Positions 34,996 to 40,379 of a stretch of DNA of 40,379 nucleotides are shown here, one piece after another. The stretch comes from Flavobacteriales bacterium. GTDB lineage: Bacteria; Bacteroidota; Bacteroidia; M30B66. The stretch covers positions 1 through 40,379 of the forward strand of contig DAOOQW010000003.1 in NCBI GenBank assembly GCA_035388945.1, given 5' to 3'. Position 1 is the stretch's first letter. Each line of letters starts with the position of its first letter. The translations under genes were made by a program, and so were the position numbers. The notes beneath the pieces were generated by a model. That model made no database searches. It was not told the DNA's origin and saw nothing but the letters and a program-made list of their open reading frames with translations.

Positions 34996-36136
34996 CCCAA
35001 TAAATAAGCTGAAATTCTGAACGATCAGTAAATTCAAGAATAGGGCGAGGATCGGCAAGATTTAGATTTACTATTTTCCATTTCGAATTATCGTATAGTA
35101 TTCCAAAGCCATTCGCCGGGTTTTCGACTTTAGAAAAATTCTGCTTGGGAAATACCTCATCACCCTTTTGATCAAAGTAATTGTAGCCTTCGCCCGAACG
35201 TGAACATATAGCAAAATCACCATAAAAGTGACCGATTTCTTTATAGGATCCCGGAACTAAAATTTCGCAATTTGTGCCTAATAGTCCCATCCATTGTTCA
35301 GCTCCGATACCCGAATAGAAAACTAGATTAGGTACCCGATCGGCTTGAATATAATCGAACATCTGCATGGGACAAAGTTGTCCGTTAGCATCCATCAGCG
35401 TATATCCATTTTCGTTTTTTACAACTGCTTTTCCATAGCAAAACATCGATGCTTCTTCGAAACTGGGATACGCAATGAGCTGATTCGAACGAAGATCTAA
35501 AAATCCAACTTTACCTTTTTTGTAAACTCGAATAATAGAATCTCCATCTTGAAATTCGAACTTTTCAAAATCAGGGAAACGGTTTTTCGCTTTTTCTTCT
35601 TTGGTTGAAAGCAGATGGATTTTAGCTTTTTCTGGATCTGAATCGGGTTTATGAATCCATTTACCATTAGAAGAAACGACTCCATATTTGGAATCCTGTC
35701 GGACTAATATTTTACCGTCTTTAATTTGAATAATCTCATCAAACCGAGGTTTAATACGCACATGACCGTTTGTATCAGCCAATCCCCATTGAGTTCCGAA
35801 TGCAAAAGGGATTAGATGTTCTTGTTCAGATAGGATTTGGTTAACCTGATTATCGCCTAATAATTTCAGGGTAGAAGTATATAATCGAAAGCCCTTCTCG
35901 CCCGTTTTTCGAACAGCGATTCTAGTTGGCGATATCATTACACACGAATCTACATTTTCGAGCTGTCCAAAAGGTTGTACTAACTCCTTGAGCGAATACG
36001 GAGCTTGTTTTCCCACACGAACTAACGCTTGGGAAACAAGAAAATTCGTCGGCCCTAAAAAGCTTAAAATAAAGCAGATAAAGGAAATGTATCCAATACT
36101 CGGATTCCTTTTTCTGTTTGTTGCAAGGTGGCGCAT
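34988..36136 (-). CDS. Secreted WG-repeat (KWG) protein, function unknown
   Basis: Repeats of the type QWGLADTNGHVRIKPRFDEI, KYGVVSSNGKWIHKP, KVGFLDLRSNQLIAYPSFEEA, GYTLMDANGQLCPMQMFDYI and MGLLGTNCEILVPGSYKEI. N-terminal signal peptide MRHLATNRKRNPSIGYISFICFILSFLGPTNFLVS|Q. This start requires a 73-nt overlap with the upstream MBL gene. Confidence 0.72.
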   Translation of the reverse strand: MRHLATNRKRNPSIGYISFICFILSFLGPTNFLVSQALVRVGKQAPYSLKELVQPFGQLENVDSCVMISPTRIAVRKTGEKGFRLYTSTLKLLGDNQVNQILSEQEHLIPFAFGTQWGLADTNGHVRIKPRFDEIIQIKDGKILVRQDSKYGVVSSNGKWIHKPDSDPEKAKIHLLSTKEEKAKNRFPDFEKFEFQDGDSIIRVYKKGKVGFLDLRSNQLIAYPSFEEASMFCYGKAVVKNENGYTLMDANGQLCPMQMFDYIQADRVPNLVFYSGIGAEQWMGLLGTNCEILVPGSYKEIGHFYGDFAICSRSGEGYNYFDQKGDEVFPKQNFSKVENPANGFGILYDNSKWKIVNLNLADPRPILEFTDRSEFQLIYWAN

Positions 36137-36903
36137 TCGATGGATTTATCGTGTTCGAAAAAGAGCACTCTGTTTTCTGACACACAGGTAGCAAGTACAC
36201 TTGATTTTTCCTGCATCGTTAACAAAGGACGTGTATCGTATGCCATCACCCAAGCAACTGGAACGTGAACTGGAGATGGAAGTAAGTCGGCCATGTACAT
36301 GATTTTGTGTCCGTTGCTCGACAAAACGGGTAACATCATCGATTCGGTATGTCCGCTAACTTTTTCGACCGAGAAACCTGGAAATAGCTCGTTTGATTCT
36401 AGAAATTTCAGCTGTCCGGATTCTTGGATAGGAAGAATATTTTCTTTTAGGAATGATGCTCTTTCACGAGGATTGGGTTCGGTTGCCCATTTCCAATGTT
36501 CTTGGTTAGACCAATACACGGCATTTTTAAATGCAGGACGATAACCTGAACGAGCATCATCCCATTCGATACTACCGCCACAATGATCAAAATGCAAGTG
36601 AGTAAGAAACACATCGGTAATATCATCTCGATGGAAGCCAGCTTTTTTTAAGGAAGCATCGAGCGAATCATCGCCATGCAAATCGTAATGAGAAAAGAAT
36701 TTTTCATCCTGCTTGTTTCCCATTCCGTTGTCGATTAATACGAGCCGGTTTCCTTCTTGAACGAGCAAACAACGCATTGCCCAAGAACAAAGATTATTGG
36801 CATCGGCTGGATAACTTTTACTCCATAAAGATTTAGGAACAACGCCAAACATAGCACCACCATCGAGTTTAAAATGGCCGGTATTAATGGGAAATAACTG
36901 CAT
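36064..36903 (-). CDS. MBL-fold metallo-hydrolase
   Basis: HxHxDH motif in FLTHLHFDHCGG, with downstream His and Asp ligands (SGHTESM, MADLLPSPVH). Confidence 0.88.
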   Translation of the reverse strand: MQLFPINTGHFKLDGGAMFGVVPKSLWSKSYPADANNLCSWAMRCLLVQEGNRLVLIDNGMGNKQDEKFFSHYDLHGDDSLDASLKKAGFHRDDITDVFLTHLHFDHCGGSIEWDDARSGYRPAFKNAVYWSNQEHWKWATEPNPRERASFLKENILPIQESGQLKFLESNELFPGFSVEKVSGHTESMMLPVLSSNGHKIMYMADLLPSPVHVPVAWVMAYDTRPLLTMQEKSSVLATCVSENRVLFFEHDKSIECATLQQTEKGIRVLDTFPLSALF

Positions 36904-37016
36904 ACTTGAGAGATTAAAAATCGTAATTAATTGACCACAGCAGGATGTTCACAAATTGAGAAGAAAACACTATCCTGCCAAATGACAGGGGCTAAATTTA
37001 CCGTAAAATTTGAGGA

Positions 37017-38381
37017 ATGAAGGTTCATTTGATTGCAATTGGAGGAAGTGCGATGCATAATCTGGCAATAGCCATGTACAAAAAGGGTTATGAAGTTAGC
37101 GGATCGGATGATGAGGTGTTTGAACCTTCCAAATCGAGGTTGTCAGCTTTAGGGCTTTTACCCAAAGAAGAAGGCTGGTTTCCTGAGAAAATTCATGCAG
37201 GTTTAGATGCAGTTATCTTAGGAATGCATGCGAGAGTTGATAATCCTGAATTGATTCGTGCGCAGGAATTAGGCTTGAAGATTTATTCTTATCCTGGATA
37301 TATTTATAGTCAGAGTACCGATAAAACCCGTGTGGTAATAGGTGGCAGTCATGGTAAAACATCGATTACTGCCATGATTTTACACGCCTTGCATACCAAT
37401 CAAATGGACAGTGATTATTTGGTTGGTGCGCAATTGAAGGGATTTGATACGATGGTGAGAATTACAGCAGAAGCGCCTCGCATTTTATTGGAAGGCGATG
37501 AATATCTGGCTTCTCCAATCGAGCGAGTTCCTAAGTTTCACCTGTATTATCCACATATTGCTTTGTTGAGTGGAGTAGCTTGGGATCACATTAACGTATT
37601 CCCAACTTTCGCGAATTATGTAGAGCAATTCCAGATTTTCACGGAGAAGATTGAGCCCAATGGAACTTTAATTTTTTACGATGGTGATGAAGAATTGGTG
37701 AAGATTGCGGCGCAGTGTAGACCAGATATTCGATTGCAACCTTATCATGAACATGCTTCCGAAATACGTGATGGTGTTACTTATCTAGTTGCGGGTGAAG
37801 AGCGAATTCCGTTGAAGATTTTCGGTAAACACAATCTTCAGAATTTGAATGGGGCGATGTTGGTTTGTGAGGAATTAGGAATGAAGCGGGTAGATTTTTA
37901 CCACGCTATTCAATCATTTACGGGCGCAGCCAAGCGACTTGAGTTAGTGTATGGTGGTGATGGGACGAGCATTTTCAAAGACTTTGCACATTCTCCTTCA
38001 AAACTAAAAGCGACTACAGATGCGGTAAGAGAGCAATTCCCTAATCGGAAACTCATTGCTTGTATGGAGTTACATACGTTTAGTAGCTTGAATGAGGAGT
38101 TTCTGTTAGAATACAAGAATTCCATGGCGAAAGCCGATAAAGCGTTCATCTACTTCAATCCACACACAGTAGCACATAAAAAATTAAAGCCGATCACACC
38201 TGAACAGGTAAGAGCGGCTTTTGGAAGTGAAAATGTGACTGTTTATGACGATTCAGCTCGTTTGTTGGAAGATTTAAAACAAGAAAATTGGTCGAATTCC
38301 AATTTGCTGATGATGAGTTCAGGAAATTTTGACGGATTAAATTTCGAGCAGTTACCGAGTATTTTGGGGTTAAAGAGCTAA
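37017..38381 (+). CDS. mpl: UDP-N-acetylmuramate:L-alanyl-gamma-D-glutamyl-meso-diaminopimelate ligase-like Mur ligase
   Basis: N-terminus HLIAIGGSAMHNLAIAMYKKGYEVSGSDD. Mur ligase P-loop VIGGSHGKTSITAMI. Length is 454 aa, with the Mpl-like architecture common in Bacteroidota. Confidence 0.85.
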   Translation: MKVHLIAIGGSAMHNLAIAMYKKGYEVSGSDDEVFEPSKSRLSALGLLPKEEGWFPEKIHAGLDAVILGMHARVDNPELIRAQELGLKIYSYPGYIYSQSTDKTRVVIGGSHGKTSITAMILHALHTNQMDSDYLVGAQLKGFDTMVRITAEAPRILLEGDEYLASPIERVPKFHLYYPHIALLSGVAWDHINVFPTFANYVEQFQIFTEKIEPNGTLIFYDGDEELVKIAAQCRPDIRLQPYHEHASEIRDGVTYLVAGEERIPLKIFGKHNLQNLNGAMLVCEELGMKRVDFYHAIQSFTGAAKRLELVYGGDGTSIFKDFAHSPSKLKATTDAVREQFPNRKLIACMELHTFSSLNEEFLLEYKNSMAKADKAFIYFNPHTVAHKKLKPITPEQVRAAFGSENVTVYDDSARLLEDLKQENWSNSNLLMMSSGNFDGLNFEQLPSILGLKS

Positions 38382-38884
38382 GATTTTGAACTAGGTTTAG
38401 CACTTCTCTTTTCCAACATAGCATTGCGCTTTATAATCATTCGCGTAATGGCTCCTGAATAAAAAACACCAAGAACTAAAGTGCCGATGAACGTGAATAA
38501 AACCCATGGCATTTCAAATGGGAAGTTATCGGGATTTTGACCTTTACTTTTAAATTCTTCGATACGTTCCCCAGCAAATCTTACTTTGAACATCGTATCT
38601 AAGTAAAAAAGATAGTAATAGATGAAAAGAGAATAGAGCACTGCAAATAAAGCTGCAATAGATGCCCCGCTCTTAAACATTTCTTTAAAAGGAATGCTTT
38701 CCACATAGCTAAGTTTTCTCCTCTCCTCCATTCCTCTATACATCCCTATTAACATAAATGCAGTTATAGGTAAAAATGGATATTTACCAAGCGGGCCATC
38801 CACCCAACCTGTTAAAAGAAGTAACGTTTTCCAAATTATAGAAAGCGCTAAAATCAGCAAAGTCCCTCTAGTTTCCGGTTTCAT
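38378..38884 (-). CDS. Small 4-TM membrane protein (DUF4199-like)
   Basis: Four hydrophobic segments. It starts 2 nt after the rho stop, so it is likely co-transcribed with rho. The family call is from memory only. Confidence 0.6.
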   Translation of the reverse strand: MKPETRGTLLILALSIIWKTLLLLTGWVDGPLGKYPFLPITAFMLIGMYRGMEERRKLSYVESIPFKEMFKSGASIAALFAVLYSLFIYYYLFYLDTMFKVRFAGERIEEFKSKGQNPDNFPFEMPWVLFTFIGTLVLGVFYSGAITRMIIKRNAMLEKRSAKPSSKS

Positions 38885-38886
38885 GC

Positions 38887-40379
38887 TTAGCCATTCATTG
38901 CAATCAGGAACTCTTCATTGCTGATTGTACCATTCATTTGTTGGCGGATGAATTCCATCGCTTCGACTGTGTTCATATCGCTTAGGTGATTACGCAGAAT
39001 CCACATACGTTGAAGGGTTTCTTTATCCACTAAAAGATCATCGCGACGAGTAGAAGAAGCAGTTAAATCGATAGCAGGGAACACACGTTTGTTGGCCAGT
39101 TTACGATCCAACTGAAGTTCCATGTTACCTGTTCCTTTGAATTCCTCAAAGATTACCTCGTCCATTTTAGAACCAGTATCAATCAAGGCAGTTGCGAGAA
39201 TAGTTAATGAACCACCTTTTTCAATTTTTCGGGCAGCGCCGAAGAAACGTTTAGGTTTATGCAGTGCGTTCGCATCAACCCCACCCGACAATACTTTTCC
39301 TGAAGCAGGTTGAACCGTGTTATAAGCACGAGCTAAACGGGTGATGGAATCGAGAAGAATAACTACATCTTGTCCGCATTCTACCATTCGTTTTGCTTTT
39401 TCAAGAACGATGTTGGCGATTTTTACGTGACGTTCTGCAGGCTCATCGAACGTAGAAGAAATAACTTCTGCTTTAACGCTACGAGCCATATCAGTAACCT
39501 CTTCTGGACGTTCATCAATCAATAAAATGATCAAATAAACTTCCGGATGATTATCAGCAATAGCGTTTGCAACTTCTTTTAAGAGAACTGTTTTACCCGT
39601 TTTAGGTTGAGCCACGATAAGTCCACGTTGACCTTTTCCAATAGGTGTAAATAGGTCCATCACGCGAGTCGACATGGTTCCTTGTTTGTGACCTGTGAGC
39701 TTTAATTTCTCGTCAGGGAACATAGGAGTAAGGAAATCGAAAGGAACACGATCACGCACATAAGAAGGGTCGCGACCATTGATTTTATCGATTCGGGTAA
39801 GCGGGAAATATTTTTCGCCTTCACGAGGAGCGCGAACACCGCCATCGACCGTATCTCCTGTTTTTAGACCATAGAGTTTAACCTGTGCAATTGAAACATA
39901 CACGTCATCGGGTGATGCGAGGTAATTGTAATCGGATGAACGCAAGAATCCATAACCATCTGGCATCATTTCGAGCACGCCCTCCGTTGGAACAGTCAGA
40001 TCCAGATTCAACAAAGGATCGATAGGCGTATTGCTCTCGACATTTGGTTGTTGTTGATTTGGATTCTGATTAGGATTGGAGTTCTGATTTGGGTTGCGTT
40101 GTTGATGCTGAGGACGTTGCATTTGCTGCCTCTGCTGGTTTTGATTTGGATTCTGGTTTTGCCAGTTTCCGCGTTGTTGTTGTGGATTTTGACCTTGATT
40201 CTGCTGCTGATTCTGATTTTGTTGTTGATTCTGCTGCGGATATTGCTGAGCAGGCGGTGTTTGTTGTTGTTGCGGAGCAGCAGCTGGAGGTGTTTGTCCG
40301 GCTGGTGGCTGATAATTAGCTAGGTTATCAGAACGTTTATCGAAAAGTGATCTATTAGTACGATCACGACGTTCGTTAC
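38887..40379 (-). CDS. rho: Transcription termination factor Rho (N-terminus beyond window) with a Q/N-rich N-terminal insertion
   Basis: Walker [19 protein letters not shown]-binding region [15 protein letters not shown], and RVFPAIDL. I translated the frame upstream of the ORF-track Met (40122) and it stays open to nt 40379 (...[86 protein letters not shown]...). The gene is therefore 5' partial. Confidence 0.95.
   Translation of the reverse strand, partial: NERRDRTNRSLFDKRSDNLANYQPPAGQTPPAAAPQQQQTPPAQQYPQQNQQQNQNQQQNQGQNPQQQRGNWQNQNPNQNQQRQQMQRPQHQQRNPNQNSNPNQNPNQQQPNVESNTPIDPLLNLDLTVPTEGVLEMMPDGYGFLRSSDYNYLASPDDVYVSIAQVKLYGLKTGDTVDGGVRAPREGEKYFPLTRIDKINGRDPSYVRDRVPFDFLTPMFPDEKLKLTGHKQGTMSTRVMDLFTPIGKGQRGLIVAQPKTGKTVLLKEVANAIADNHPEVYLIILLIDERPEEVTDMARSVKAEVISSTFDEPAERHVKIANIVLEKAKRMVECGQDVVILLDSITRLARAYNTVQPASGKVLSGGVDANALHKPKRFFGAARKIEKGGSLTILATALIDTGSKMDEVIFEEFKGTGNMELQLDRKLANKRVFPAIDLTASSTRRDDLLVDKETLQRMWILRNHLSDMNTVEAMEFIRQQMNGTISNEEFLIAMNG
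40042..40320 (-). repeat. Low-complexity CAR/AAY (Gln/Asn/Pro) coding repeat region inside rho
   Basis: About 93 codons are dominated by Q, N and P. A perfect 15-nt direct repeat TTGATTTGGATTCTG (plus strand) occurs at 40054-40068 and 40141-40155, 87 nt apart and in frame. Confidence 0.85.

Noticed and set aside
36940-36978. Inverted repeat GCAGGAT-N25-ATCCTGC in the MBL/mpl divergent region
   Set aside because: With only 7 bp and a 25-nt spacer, it could be chance in a 113-nt region, and there is no supporting context.
40048-40323. Two plus-strand ORFs (91 and 76 aa) encoding Leu/Ile-rich or Val/Asp-rich peptides
   Set aside because: They are the antisense and frame-shifted reading of the CAR/AAY Gln/Asn repeat of rho, because CTG and TTG codons mirror CAG and CAA. 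The low complexity, and an open rho frame running through the whole region, make them artefacts.
1-40379. Searched by eye for CRISPR arrays, tRNA/rRNA genes, IS elements or integrases, phage genes, toxin-antitoxin pairs and known defence-system signatures
   Set aside because: No spaced direct-repeat arrays were found. No intergenic region was long or GC-structured enough to hold a tRNA. No transposase, integrase or nuclease-helicase type ORFs were seen. All large ORFs are accounted for by the calls above.

Overview
The window looks like a chromosomal segment from a Bacteroidota bacterium, roughly 40% GC by eye. The taxonomic call rests on several T9SS C-terminal sorting domains, signal peptides that almost always expose Gln after the cleavage site, TAnnTTTG -7 promoter boxes, and the absence of Shine-Dalgarno sequences. 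The family names given here come from motifs I recognise, not from database searches.

About 36 densely packed protein genes are present, and most are housekeeping:
- uvrA (5' partial), hisS, hutH and a double M16 peptidase
- a conserved envelope supercluster on the minus strand: murI, skp, skp, bamA, uppS, two paralogous beta-barrel genes, nadK and a CBS gene
- pdxJ, an alpha/beta hydrolase, a small HTH gene, trpS, a free-Met-R-sulfoxide reductase-like GAF gene and an Ig-like lipoprotein
- a gingipain-like C25 peptidase, a YugP-like Zn peptidase, hsp20, a YegS-like lipid kinase plus a small Rieske protein, a WG-repeat protein and an MBL hydrolase
- mpl, a small 4-TM membrane protein (DUF4199-like), and rho (5' partial, with a Q/N-rich insertion)

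I found no rRNA, tRNA, CRISPR array, transposase or integrase, and no recognisable defence or toxin-antitoxin system.

The clearest accessory module, and my best candidate for something new, is the minus-strand operon at 5593-11463. It runs from a cobalamin riboswitch through a BtuB-sized TonB-dependent receptor, a DUF4465-like protein, an unknown protein and a beta-propeller lipoprotein to a TPR membrane protein. The genes are translationally coupled. Two of the accessory proteins carry T9SS sorting domains rather than lipoboxes.

Other points worth a second look:
- the Q/N-rich low-complexity insertion in Rho
- near-leaderless aaRS promoters
- convergent genes that overlap with no room for terminators
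- palindromic operator candidates upstream of hsp20 and the HTH gene

I have not shown that any of this is undescribed. Each claim needs the searches named in the findings.
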